64,000 nucleotides of DNA from Tolypothrix carrinoi HA7290-LM1 (GTDB lineage: Bacteria; Cyanobacteriota; Cyanobacteriia; Cyanobacteriales; Nostocaceae). Positions 38,860-48,462 of the stretch are shown piece after piece. The DNA is taken from positions 105,507-169,506 of the forward strand of contig JAHHIK010000002.1 in assembly GCA_019358935.1 (NCBI GenBank), in the 5' to 3' direction. Within the stretch, counting starts at the first letter, position 1, and each line of letters starts with the position of its first letter. Both the position numbers and the translations under genes were made by a program. The notes under the pieces were generated by a model. It was not told the DNA's origin. It saw only the letters and a program-made list of their open reading frames with translations, and ran no database searches.

Positions 38860-40356
38860 TTATTTGACTTCTACCGCAACTTCCGCAGACATCCCAGGTG
38901 TAATCCGTGCTTCGTAACCTTTGATGCTTTCTTTGTCAAAAACAACTTTTACAGGAATGCGCTGCACAATTTTGGTAAAGTTACCTGTAGCGTTATCCGG
39001 TGGCAATAAGGCAAACTGAGCGCCGGAAGCTGGCGAAATACTGTCAACACGTCCCTCAAAGGTGTGGTGAGGAAATGCATCCAGCTTGATTTCTACTGGT
39101 TCTCCTGGCTTCATTTTTTCTAACTGGGTTTCTTTGAAGTTGGCAACTACCCAGTAATCGTTATTGACGATCGCCATCATCGGTGTTCCTACTTGCACGC
39201 GATTACCAACTTCGACGTTTTTCCTACCCACACGTCCACCTGCCGGCGCGGTGATGTTGGTGTAGGATAATTGCAATTGCGCGTCTTTTAATGTCGCTTC
39301 CGCTTGAGAAATTGACGCTTTTGCCGCTTCGTACTGTCCGCGATTTACTGCTGTTTGCTGTCCGCCGGCGGTAGCTTGTTGCAGTCCTCCCTTAGATGCT
39401 GCTAGTTTCGCTTGAGCGCTGGTTACGCCTTCTTGCGCTTGTGCTAATTTTGACTGCGCTCTCGCTACACCAACTCTCGCAGAAGCTAACCGCGCTTGTG
39501 CTTGTTGTACTCCCTGAACGGCAGCATTTTTTTGCGCTACATTCACATTATAAGTTGATGTGGCTGTTTCAAGTTGTTGGCGAGAAATTGCACCTTGTTG
39601 AAATAAAGTCTTGTAACGGTTGTAATCAGCTTGCGCTCTTTGTAAGTTAGCATCAGCTTGGGCTACTTGCGCTTGCGCTGCGGGAATTCCCGCTTCGGCT
39701 AATTTCACGTCAGCTTGCGCGGCTGGTATTCCGGCTTGTGCTTCTTGTACTGCTGCTTTTGCTGTGGAAATCGCAGCTAATGCACCGCTAACATCGCCTT
39801 GTGCTTGATTTGTCTTCGCAGAGGTAGTTTGTGAGGCTAAAGCAATATTCGCTTGGGCTGCTTGTGCTTGACGCTGTGCGGCTGAAAGTGCTGCTTGTGC
39901 TTGCTGTACTTTATTTTGATAGTCGCGTTCATCGAGTTTTATCAGCAACTGTCCCTGTTGTACTAGTTGGTTATCGTTTACCAACACTTGGCTAACAGTT
40001 CCGGGAATCTTGCTGCTAACTTGGTTAATGTGTCCAGCTACTGTAGCGTTGTCTGTTTCTTGGTGAGTAGAAGCGTATTCCCAGTAGCGATAACCAAATC
40101 CACCTGCTGCGATCGCACCTACTCCCAATGCTGCCAAAATTATCCCAATCGGTTTTTTCCGCTTCGGTGCAGCCTTCTTTTGCTCAAGAGAAGGCGTCTC
40201 TGGCTGGGTATTTTCTTTTTCTACTGGCACATCTACTGGTGCAGACTTCTCTATGGTACGAGCTTTTAATGTTTCTAAGTCCACAATTAGCTCTTTGTCC
40301 AAAACCGCTGAAGAGTGTCCGTTACGTTCATTTAAAGTTGTATTGCTGCGTTCCAT
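38860..40356 (-). CDS. HlyD/EmrA-family efflux periplasmic adaptor
   Basis: TDNA, a long helical hairpin, ANFKETQL and LLPPDNATGNFTKIVQRIPV. Confidence 0.92.
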   Translation of the reverse strand: MERSNTTLNERNGHSSAVLDKELIVDLETLKARTIEKSAPVDVPVEKENTQPETPSLEQKKAAPKRKKPIGIILAALGVGAIAAGGFGYRYWEYASTHQETDNATVAGHINQVSSKIPGTVSQVLVNDNQLVQQGQLLIKLDERDYQNKVQQAQAALSAAQRQAQAAQANIALASQTTSAKTNQAQGDVSGALAAISTAKAAVQEAQAGIPAAQADVKLAEAGIPAAQAQVAQADANLQRAQADYNRYKTLFQQGAISRQQLETATSTYNVNVAQKNAAVQGVQQAQARLASARVGVARAQSKLAQAQEGVTSAQAKLAASKGGLQQATAGGQQTAVNRGQYEAAKASISQAEATLKDAQLQLSYTNITAPAGGRVGRKNVEVGNRVQVGTPMMAIVNNDYWVVANFKETQLEKMKPGEPVEIKLDAFPHHTFEGRVDSISPASGAQFALLPPDNATGNFTKIVQRIPVKVVFDKESIKGYEARITPGMSAEVAVEVK

Positions 40357-40401
40357 AATTCTTAAGTCCCCCGATAGATGATTTAATTAACAAAAATTTA
40401 T

Positions 40402-40463
40402 TTAGCAGGCGTAATATTTAAATGCAAATATTTATATATTTTTTCCTTAGCATACGTAATATT
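40402..40463. promoter_or_regulatory. Two putative MarR operator sites upstream of the emrA-like gene
   Basis: TTAGCaggCGTAATATT (40402-40418) and TTAGCataCGTAATATT (40447-40463). Confidence 0.65.
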
Positions 40464-40517
40464 TTGGCAAATAAATATGAACAGTGCTTCAGTCAATCGG
40501 GTGATTATGGCATATTC

Positions 40518-40985
40518 TTAAGACAGATTAGCGATCGCTCGATTGAGAAGTTGGGAAAACTGCTCGCGTTCAGAGTGGGAAATGCCACACATCGCTTCTT
40601 CACGCAAGTCGGCTGCAATTGGAGGTAAGACCGTTTCCAGTTGCGATCCTGCATCTGTGAGCCAAATGCGCCAAATGCGGCGATCGGACAAATCGCGTTC
40701 TCGACGAATTAAGCCGCGTTCTTCCATGCGATCGAGTACTCCCGTTAACGTACCTCCCACTTGTTGGAGTTTTTCGCCAATGGAGGAAGTAGGTAAACCG
40801 TCTTCAAGCCACAAACAGCATAAAACCAACCAGTGAAATGGCGTTAGTCCAAAGGGTTCTAACCGCTCAGTAAACTTGCGGGTGAGAAGTTGTGATAACA
40901 ATTTAACTCTGTAGCCAACATTATACGGTGCGAGAACTTCTTGCCAAGAGTCCACAGCTTGTAAATTCTTTGATGTAGAAATCAT
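40518..40985 (-). CDS. MarR-family transcriptional regulator
   Basis: LDRMEERGLIRRERDLSDRRIWRIWLTDAG wing motif. Confidence 0.93.
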   Translation of the reverse strand: MISTSKNLQAVDSWQEVLAPYNVGYRVKLLSQLLTRKFTERLEPFGLTPFHWLVLCCLWLEDGLPTSSIGEKLQQVGGTLTGVLDRMEERGLIRRERDLSDRRIWRIWLTDAGSQLETVLPPIAADLREEAMCGISHSEREQFSQLLNRAIANLS

Positions 40986-40997
40986 TTTGGGATTTCC

Positions 40998-41014
40998 TTA
41001 GCGTGCGTAATATT
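40998..41014. promoter_or_regulatory. Putative MarR autoregulatory operator
   Basis: TTAGCgtgCGTAATATT, 12 bp upstream of the marR start. Confidence 0.65.
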
Positions 41015-41069
41015 ATTCTAACCAGATAAACCTGTTTTTAGCAACAGCTGCTCTAAGGAGACTTTCTTG

Positions 41070-41245
41070 ACAAGGAAGACAAGGAGGACAAGGAGGACAA
41101 GGAGGACAAGGAGGAGATGGTGAATTTTCTCCCTTGTCTCCCTTGTCTCCCCCCTCTCCCCATCTCCCACTCCCCCCATCTCCCACTCCCCCCATCTCCC
41201 CATCCCCCCCTCCCCCACTCCCCACTCCCTACTCCCCACTCCCCA
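41070..41245. repeat. STRR-type tandem repeats (GACAAGGAG)n and (CCCACTC/CCCATCT)n
   Basis: Direct reading. Confidence 0.85.
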
Positions 41246-42896
41246 ATTGAATCAACTGGTAATCTTGCACAGTACCAAGAACTCGATGAGGAGTGGATAT
41301 CGGCTGTTTAGCAGATATCCAAGCGTAGCTAGAAGGTGGAAGTTCAGAGACTTGTTGTACCTGCTTACCGTGGTGGGGAGTGTAGAAATTGAGGAGTACA
41401 CCAGTTTTACCGCCTACTTGGACAAAGTTGATAGGATTAGTTTGGAGGATTTCGGCGATCGCTTTTTGTGCCAAGAAAGCTCTAACATCAGGATTATAAT
41501 CGCCAATAAAGCCGTTAAAACCAGCCACCGCCAAAGCCAACCAAGCCGGAATCAACCACCCCGCTATCCAGTAACGTGCTGTGAGAAACTTTTGACCAAA
41601 GCGATAACGACCGATCCACACTAAAGGTAAAATTAACCAACCCAACCCCAAAGCCAAAACGACAGTTGCATACTTACGAATTTCCGCACCACCCACAGCC
41701 AAACCAACTACACCTGCTAGCACGAGTAAAAGACCCAATCCACCAAAAGCGTAGCTAAGATTTCCGACAAGTTTCAGATGGGAAGATGAGGAAATTAATT
41801 TGTCTCCCCCCACTCCCCCACTCCTTGTCTCCCCCACTCCTCTTATCCGTTTGCTAAAAATTCCGCCAAGCCAGTCTAACCCGACAGATGCAAGTAAAGC
41901 GATAAAGGGATAAAGAGCAAGACTATAATGAGGTAGACGAGTAGAGAAAATACTAAGTTCAGCAAATAAGACTAGGGGAAAGCCAACTAATATCAGTTGG
42001 TAGCGAGGAAGAGGACGACGCACTAATAAAACTAAACCTAAAAGGGCAAAGAAAAACCAAGGAAAAGCTTTTGCGGGAACATTCCAGAAATAAAATAGTA
42101 TTCCATGATCGCCTCTATCATTCGACCCCAAACGAAAAACAAAGCGGAATAATTGCTCAAAACTATTATTACCAAAGCGCTGCGAACTTAACCAAATCCA
42201 ACTCAAGGTAGGAATTAAACCGACTGCAAACCCTAAATAAAACATTGGGTTGCTAAGATGACGATGGCGGCGATGTTGTCCAATCAGGTAAGGTAATAAA
42301 GCTACAATTGGCAAAAAAATCATAAAGCTTCTGACTAGAAAGCCTAAACCGAAACTCAAACCGGCAAGAAAGCGATAAAAAGAGCGATATTTGGGATGTA
42401 ATTCCGCTTTGAGAAAAGACCAAATAGCTAAAAGTACCAGACAAATCATTGGTACATCAGGCGTACCTAATCGACAATATTGTAACCAGAGAAATTCTAC
42501 ACTCAAAATTGCCGCAGCAAGCCAACCAAGTTTTTTACTAAATATAATTTTACCGATTTCATATAAAAGGAGTATGCTAAAAATTCCGGCGATCGCGCCA
42601 TTGAGTCGCACGCTAGCTTCACTTATACCAAACAGCTTGTAGGAACTGGCAATCATCCAATAAGGACCTGGTGTTTTATGATGCGGTTCTGACCAAGGAT
42701 TTATCCAATCACCAGACTCAAACATCACACGCGATCGCCAAGCATAAAGTCCTTCATCATGAGCCATCAAGCTATTATTTCCAGAATTAAATAGCAACAA
42801 TGGCAGTATCCATACCAACAAACTGATGTAAGGAAATCCTCCCCAAAGATGAATTCGTTGCCAAAGCAAATAAAAATTCTTTATTTGATATTTCAT
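41229..42896 (-). CDS. ArnT/GT39 (PMT-like) membrane glycosyltransferase
   Basis: HDEGLYA, KTPGPYW..A.SYKLFGISEASVRL; multi-TM. Confidence 0.85.
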   Translation of the reverse strand: MKYQIKNFYLLWQRIHLWGGFPYISLLVWILPLLLFNSGNNSLMAHDEGLYAWRSRVMFESGDWINPWSEPHHKTPGPYWMIASSYKLFGISEASVRLNGAIAGIFSILLLYEIGKIIFSKKLGWLAAAILSVEFLWLQYCRLGTPDVPMICLVLLAIWSFLKAELHPKYRSFYRFLAGLSFGLGFLVRSFMIFLPIVALLPYLIGQHRRHRHLSNPMFYLGFAVGLIPTLSWIWLSSQRFGNNSFEQLFRFVFRLGSNDRGDHGILFYFWNVPAKAFPWFFFALLGLVLLVRRPLPRYQLILVGFPLVLFAELSIFSTRLPHYSLALYPFIALLASVGLDWLGGIFSKRIRGVGETRSGGVGGDKLISSSSHLKLVGNLSYAFGGLGLLLVLAGVVGLAVGGAEIRKYATVVLALGLGWLILPLVWIGRYRFGQKFLTARYWIAGWLIPAWLALAVAGFNGFIGDYNPDVRAFLAQKAIAEILQTNPINFVQVGGKTGVLLNFYTPHHGKQVQQVSELPPSSYAWISAKQPISTPHRVLGTVQDYQLIQLGSGE

Positions 42897-43051
42897 TGAA
42901 TTACAAATAATTTAACTTTGCTAAATTGAAAAAGCTGTTAATTATTTCTCTCTATTTATAGAATATGTAAGGTTGTATACAACTATTCTGCATCAAATAC
43001 TACCTGAAATTTACACTATTTTGGGAATAAGTTCTCGTTCAACAGGGATTT

Positions 43052-43696
43052 ATGCCACTAAAACCAAATCAACGCATCAAGCTAGATGATACAGACGACA
43101 AGCTGTTTTACGACTATCCCCGCTTCGTCACTCATGTGGACGAAGGCTTTATTCAACAGCTAACCGATTTATATCGTCAGCGACTAAAACCGGATATGCG
43201 TATCTTTGATATGATGAGCAGTTGGGTATCTCATCTGCCAGAAGAGATGCAATTTGCCCATGTTGAAGGACACGGACTCAACGCTGAAGAACTTGCACGC
43301 AACCCGCGCTTAGATCATTACTTTGTGCAAGACCTCAATGCCAATCCTCAGTTACCCTTGAAGGATGAAGATTTTGATGCAGTACTCAATTGCGTTTCCG
43401 TACAGTATTTGCAATATCCAGAGGCTGTATTTTCTGAAATTCACCGCATCCTCAAACCTGGTGGTATCGCTATCTTCAGCTTTTCTAACCGGATGTTTTA
43501 TCAAAAAGCGATCCAAGCATGGCGGGAGGGTTCAGAAGCAAGTCGAGTTGAATTAGTTAAAAGCTATTTCTCCTCGGTTCATGGATTTACTACTCCAGAA
43601 GTAATTACCCGTCAATCAACGGTTCCAAATATTTTGCAATGGTTGGGTGCGGGCGGGGGAGATCCGTTTTATGCTGTTATAGCTTCCCGGAGTTAG
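43052..43696 (+). CDS. Class I SAM-dependent methyltransferase
   Basis: FYDYPRFVTHVD, DMMSSWVSHLP and FDAVLNCVSVQYL...RILKPGG. Confidence 0.88.
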   Translation: MPLKPNQRIKLDDTDDKLFYDYPRFVTHVDEGFIQQLTDLYRQRLKPDMRIFDMMSSWVSHLPEEMQFAHVEGHGLNAEELARNPRLDHYFVQDLNANPQLPLKDEDFDAVLNCVSVQYLQYPEAVFSEIHRILKPGGIAIFSFSNRMFYQKAIQAWREGSEASRVELVKSYFSSVHGFTTPEVITRQSTVPNILQWLGAGGGDPFYAVIASRS

Positions 43697-43810
43697 GGAA
43701 TGGGTAATGGGGAATGGGTAATGGGGCATGGAAAATGGGGAGTGGGAAAGAACACCTTACCAATTACCAATTACCAATTCCCAATTACCAATTACCAATT
43801 CCCAATTCCC
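43697..43810. repeat. Inverted STRR heptamer tracts after the methyltransferase gene
   Basis: (GGGTAAT/GGGGAAT)n ... (CCAATTA/CCAATTC)n. Confidence 0.8.
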
Positions 43811-43918
43811 CGAAAAATGTGATTCGAGATACTAAACCTTATCAAAAAGTAAATTTTCTGGGTGAATCTCACACAAGCGCTGATAATTGCCTCAAAGAAG
43901 CATAAGGAGAAACCAAAT

Positions 43919-44428
43919 ATGATTGGACGCCGTGGACATAGGATTTTAGTGGCTTTGTTGCTTTCAGTGTTACTACTGACAACAGCTTGCGCTCCAAAGA
44001 CACCAGGTCAATTTGACCAAGTGCAAAAAGAAAGTACCCAAAAGAAAAGCGGTCAAGCAGTTGCTAAGAATGCAACTCAAGGTAGCGAATTTAACAAACT
44101 TTTCCCTGCGGAACAAGATGGGTATCAACGTGTATTTACCCAAGAGAAAAAAGGCTTTGCAGAAGCGAACTTGAAAAAAGGTGGCAAAGTAATGGCGCAA
44201 CTGGCTGTTTCTGACACTACCAGCACCCCAAGTGCAGCCGCAAAATACTCTAGTAGTACCAAAAAAATTGGCGGCTATCCGGCAGTGACACTTGGCAATA
44301 CTCAAACTTCGGTTTTGGTAGGTAAGTACCAAGTGAAAGTGATTTCCAAAGATCCGTCATTTACAGCAAGCGATCGCGAAGATTGGATAGAGAAATTTAA
44401 TCTAAGCGGTCTAGCGCAATTGAAATAA
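43919..44428 (+). CDS. Hypothetical lipoprotein
   Basis: AAGGAG RBS; signal peptide ending LTTAC (lipobox). Confidence 0.75.
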   Translation: MIGRRGHRILVALLLSVLLLTTACAPKTPGQFDQVQKESTQKKSGQAVAKNATQGSEFNKLFPAEQDGYQRVFTQEKKGFAEANLKKGGKVMAQLAVSDTTSTPSAAAKYSSSTKKIGGYPAVTLGNTQTSVLVGKYQVKVISKDPSFTASDREDWIEKFNLSGLAQLK

Positions 44429-44482
44429 ACTTCACTACTGCGATTTAAATAAAACACGCTATCTAAGGAGATTTTCGGAACC

Positions 44483-45370
44483 GTGAGCAAACCAATTTTT
44501 GAGTTAGTTGACGAATTGCCAACCGGTGGCTTGACTGTTTCTCTGTTGAATTCCCTTGATTTTGTTGCTCCTGGTCAATGGCATAATGTGGTAGGTTTTG
44601 TCAACACCATTAAGACTGTTACCGGCGAAACTGACGAAGACCTAATTCAGCAAATTGGCGAGAGAGCAATTTATCTTTACAATGATCGCTCTCAAGGATA
44701 CCAAAGAGCTATGTGGCTGTACCAAACAGTTGATGGTACAGATAAAGCGCTTGGTGCAGCAGCTTTAGCGAATAAAGTAGGTGAGTCGATTCCGTTATTG
44801 GGTTTCTTGAATAAAGTTACTCCCAAACCAGACAAAGCTCAAACCATTGACTTAGCACTAAAATTAGTTACTGAGTTAGTAGCTTTTTGTCAAATCAACG
44901 GTATCCCCGGAGATAGTATCGGCGATTTTGTCGCTTCTTTGGGTGAATATAGCGGTGAGTCCCTGATTCGCATGGTAGCGTTAGTTTGCGTTGATGGTTT
45001 GATACCCTTGGGTCCCGACTTCATCAACAAAGCGTTATCTAGCATTAATCAAACCAGTCCACAAGACTTAGAGCAAAACTCGACTTTTAAGAACATCCAA
45101 GATTCGATTCCCGGTAATAATTCTAGTAGCAAACTCAACTTTATCGGCGAAAGCTTCGATTCAGTCAAAGGCTGGATGGGTAATCTCGTCGCGTCGAATA
45201 ATTTAACGCCACAGAAAGTTGTGAATAATTTGCAAAACTTTACGCAGATTGCTGACGATAAGTTAGATTATTTAGCGGCGTTTCTGGATGTGAGTACAAA
45301 TTACTACGAACACACAGGTACGCAAACTTTGGCGCGTCGCTTGATTGAACGAGCATTAGCTGAAATTTAG
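44483..45370 (+). CDS. Hypothetical protein, co-transcribed with the lipoprotein
   Basis: 295-aa ORF with AAGGAG RBS and GTG start. Confidence 0.75.
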   Translation: MSKPIFELVDELPTGGLTVSLLNSLDFVAPGQWHNVVGFVNTIKTVTGETDEDLIQQIGERAIYLYNDRSQGYQRAMWLYQTVDGTDKALGAAALANKVGESIPLLGFLNKVTPKPDKAQTIDLALKLVTELVAFCQINGIPGDSIGDFVASLGEYSGESLIRMVALVCVDGLIPLGPDFINKALSSINQTSPQDLEQNSTFKNIQDSIPGNNSSSKLNFIGESFDSVKGWMGNLVASNNLTPQKVVNNLQNFTQIADDKLDYLAAFLDVSTNYYEHTGTQTLARRLIERALAEI

Positions 45371-45393
45371 ATTCATGACTAATGGTTAATACA

Positions 45394-45426
45394 AGATCCC
45401 CGACTTTTTGGAAAAGTCGGGGATCT
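45394..45426. terminator. Strong hairpin between convergent genes
   Basis: AGATCCCCGACTTTT-TGG-AAAAGTCGGGGATCT. Confidence 0.7.
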
Positions 45427-45490
45427 GAGTGTTTTTAGTCATCAGCTATTAACTTTCATTGCGATGCCTGCTTAGGGCAAAGCGATCGCT

Positions 45491-46246
45491 TTATTTTGGC
45501 AAACGCAAATCTGCGACAATTGCACTCAGATAAGATTCAATCAATTCAAAATTTTCGACTTTCTCAAACTTACCTGTTTTTGCTGCCGGGTCAAAAGCAG
45601 TATGAATGACGTAAAGTGAAGCACCGTCAAAAGCAACATAACCGAGATTTTGCTCGTAGACCTTACCACCTTGTTGAATTCCTGTAAAAGCGTAGCGCAT
45701 CCCGTGAAGCATCCCAAAGGGAACTTGTTGCGGTGGTTGAGGTGAAAAAGAAATGCGATCGCCATATGCACTTCTTAGGTCTTTTGATAATACAGCGTAA
45801 TGGTCTGCAACCCAAGCATTAAGTGCTGTCAATACCTGCGTTTGGTAGTTGGGACTTTGTAAATCCACTTTTGCCCCAGGTGGAATACCAGCAGCTACCA
45901 GCATTTTTTGGAAATTCGGTTGATTTGCCAATGGGTAAACTTGCATCTCAACTGTACCCAAAACTTTTCCTTGGGAAGAGACACACAACAACGGTGCATT
46001 TCCTTCACAAGGTGCTACCTTCCAACCTGGTGGAGTAGCAGTTTTCCCCAGAACACTCTTCCAGATATTTCCTTCAGTAGGTTTGGATGCTGAGTTAGTT
46101 TGAGTCAGTGTTGCAACCGGCTGGGGTTGTCGAACTGGATTTGTCTGCAATTTGTTAGTGGAAGAATTGGGGTGAACAAATTTGAATACTATCGGTGTTA
46201 ATATCAGCAAAATCAAACCAATCAGAAGATGATAAACTCGCAGCAT
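45491..46246 (-). CDS. Hypothetical membrane-anchored or secreted protein
   Basis: 251 aa with an N-terminal TM helix and a P/T/Q-rich linker. Confidence 0.7.
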   Translation of the reverse strand: MLRVYHLLIGLILLILTPIVFKFVHPNSSTNKLQTNPVRQPQPVATLTQTNSASKPTEGNIWKSVLGKTATPPGWKVAPCEGNAPLLCVSSQGKVLGTVEMQVYPLANQPNFQKMLVAAGIPPGAKVDLQSPNYQTQVLTALNAWVADHYAVLSKDLRSAYGDRISFSPQPPQQVPFGMLHGMRYAFTGIQQGGKVYEQNLGYVAFDGASLYVIHTAFDPAAKTGKFEKVENFELIESYLSAIVADLRLPK

Positions 46247-46453
46247 TTTTCCAGAAAATCCATAGTGGCAAACTGACGTTATCCGTAAAACTTTGCGATT
46301 ATAGCAAAAGATACATTGATATTAGGTTAATTTATGCAAAATCCGCGATCGCCCTTCAACATTTGCTTTTCAAAACGATCGCGCTCATTCAGATAGACAT
46401 GAATAGCGGCGTAAACTGTTTTGGTTTGCGAGAACTAAACTTCTGATGCTCCT

Positions 46454-46927
46454 ATGAGTGAAACTGTTTATATCGAAACTAGTATCTTGGGCTACCTCAC
46501 AGCCAGATCCACCAAAAACTTAGTTCTCGCCGCTAACATTGAAGTGACGAAGGATTGGTGGCAATTACGCCGCAATGACTTTACGCTCTACATCTCACAG
46601 ACGGTTTTGGATGAGGTAGCGCAGGGAGATGCAGAAATTGCTGCTCAACGGCTTGAGGTAGTACGCGGCTTACCATTACTTGAATTGAATCAAGCCGTCA
46701 AAAAGTTGGCAAAACAATTTTTGATAAAAACTAATCTTCCACCCAAAGCTTCTGATGACGCGGTTCATATCGCAGCGGCGACCGTTCACGGGATGAATTA
46801 CCTGCTAACGTGGAATTGTAAGCACATTGCAAACGCTCAGATTCAGAAAAAGCTCTCGCAGATTAGTCTTGAGTTTGGATACCAGTTACCAACGATCTGT
46901 ACGCCTTATGAGTTAATGGGGTATTAA
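46454..46927 (+). CDS. PIN-domain (VapC-like) toxin
   Basis: VYIETSILGYL, DAVHIAAA and YLLTWNCKHIAN. Confidence 0.88.
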   Translation: MSETVYIETSILGYLTARSTKNLVLAANIEVTKDWWQLRRNDFTLYISQTVLDEVAQGDAEIAAQRLEVVRGLPLLELNQAVKKLAKQFLIKTNLPPKASDDAVHIAAATVHGMNYLLTWNCKHIANAQIQKKLSQISLEFGYQLPTICTPYELMGY

Positions 46928-46930
46928 ATC

Positions 46931-47152
46931 ATGTGGTCAGACGAAATTCTCGAAGAACTCCATCGAATTCGCGAAGAACACGCGAAATTATTTAATTACG
47001 ACTTAGATGCCATGTTTGCGGATTGGCAGCAAAAGCAAGCTGCAAGTGGTCGAGAGATTGTGACATTATCGCTGCATCAGCAGGACAACAAATCGTTGGA
47101 GCCGAAAGGACAAGAACTATCTGTTGAGAACCAGAGGCTACGCGATACCTAA
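46931..47152 (+). CDS. Putative antitoxin partner of the PIN protein
   Basis: MWSDEILEELHRIREEHAKLFNYDLDAM; starts 3 bp after the PIN stop; its C-terminus reads into attC-like sequence. Confidence 0.65.
   Translation: MWSDEILEELHRIREEHAKLFNYDLDAMFADWQQKQAASGREIVTLSLHQQDNKSLEPKGQELSVENQRLRDT
47083..47139 (+). other. Left half of an attC-like site (degenerate)
   Basis: GGACAAC-AAATC-GTTGGAGC (R''-spacer-L'' layout); right half not found. Confidence 0.4.
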
Positions 47153-47549
47153 AAATAGTAAAAAGCTGAGTCGCTTTGCGACACCAAGGCGAACGCGCTT
47201 CGCCCTACACCACAATCCCTAAAATATGCGATCGCTTCAAAGCGGGCGCTCCGCGCCATCGCACAACTGGCAGCGTGAATAAAACGCACGCGCTCATAGC
47301 GCGATCGCTTTATACTTTTGGACGTTTACCTCGTTCTAAAGCTTTTGACGATCAAGGCTTTTGTAGGATTTCAATAATTTTAGCGATCGCGCTATGAACG
47401 TTTTTTCGTCCTTTAGCTTTGCTATGAGTCGAATAACATTACTTTTGTCAGCAACTTTCAGCTTGAGTCAAAATCTGATTAGAGCTAGTTGAAATGCTTC
47501 TGGGTGGAAGTGATGAGATTAGCAAGCCCTCTTCGAGTCGTAACAGGAA

Positions 47550-48143
47550 ATGAGCAAAATGAATCCGCTGACCTTAAAGATTATTTTCACAATTGGGATT
47601 GTGTTGTGGTTAATAATTCGGATTCCCTATCAGCGAGAACAGCAGAGAAACACGATTGTTGATGACCGAAAAACCACTTGGGAAAAGGTAATTCGCTTCC
47701 TGGTATTAGTTGGGATACTGTTTGTGCCCTTGATTTATGTTTTATCCCCTCACTTAAACTTTGCGAACTATCGTCTACCAATCTGGGCAAATGGATTAGG
47801 GGTCGTTACCTTTGCGATCGCGCTTTGGCTATTCTGGCGTACTCATCATGACCTTGGCAAAAATTGGTCGCCAACGCTGCAAATTCGAGAAGGGCACACA
47901 TTAATGACTAATGGCGTTTATCACAGCATTCGTCACCCGATGTATACCTCAGTCCTGTTATTGTGCATCGCACAAGCGTTATTACTTACGAACTGGATTG
48001 CTGGACTGGCTGGACTCATCTGTTTCAGCATTGCCTATGCGACACGAATCGACAAAGAAGAACAGATGTTGCTCGATCAATTCGGTGATGAGTATGAAGC
48101 TTACAGGCAACGTACAAAACGATTAGTGCCGTATCTGTTCTAA
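47550..48143 (+). CDS. Isoprenylcysteine carboxyl methyltransferase (ICMT/Ste14)-family protein
   Basis: LGKNWS, H.L.T.GVY..IRHPMY and EEQMLLDQFGDEYEAYRQRTKRLVP. Confidence 0.9.
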   Translation: MSKMNPLTLKIIFTIGIVLWLIIRIPYQREQQRNTIVDDRKTTWEKVIRFLVLVGILFVPLIYVLSPHLNFANYRLPIWANGLGVVTFAIALWLFWRTHHDLGKNWSPTLQIREGHTLMTNGVYHSIRHPMYTSVLLLCIAQALLLTNWIAGLAGLICFSIAYATRIDKEEQMLLDQFGDEYEAYRQRTKRLVPYLF

Positions 48144-48184
48144 AGCGAGTGTTGTCTGTTGAGATACAGTTACAGGTTGGCGGC

Positions 48185-48384
48185 TTGAAGAAAGGCAGAG
48201 GGCAGGAGGCAGCTATGCTGAAGGAGCAATCGGATGGGGATTCAAACCCCAACCGATTGAATCCACCGTGTAGACGGTGGGGTTTTATACCCAGTTGGCT
48301 CCAGCCAGAAGGCTGAATCAAAGACATAATTTATACCTTATGCCCTCTGCCCTCTGCCTTCTGCCTTCCGCCGAAGGCGGATAA
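48185..48384 (-). mobile_element. Full copy of the ~200-bp non-autonomous element, inverted
   Basis: Reverse complement of 27585-27784 with very few mismatches. Confidence 0.85.
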
Positions 48385-48462
48385 CAATTCGGTTGGAGCG
48401 GACTGCCAAACGCCCCTGGTGTAGATGGAAAGCTTACTGCCGCTCCAAGCGCACCGTTATCT
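48379..48462 (+). other. attC-like recombination site
   Basis: xxATAAC-AATTC-GGTTGGAGCGG...CCGCTCCAAGC-GCACC-GTTATCT: complementary R''/R' and L''/L' boxes, 84 bp. Confidence 0.6.
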
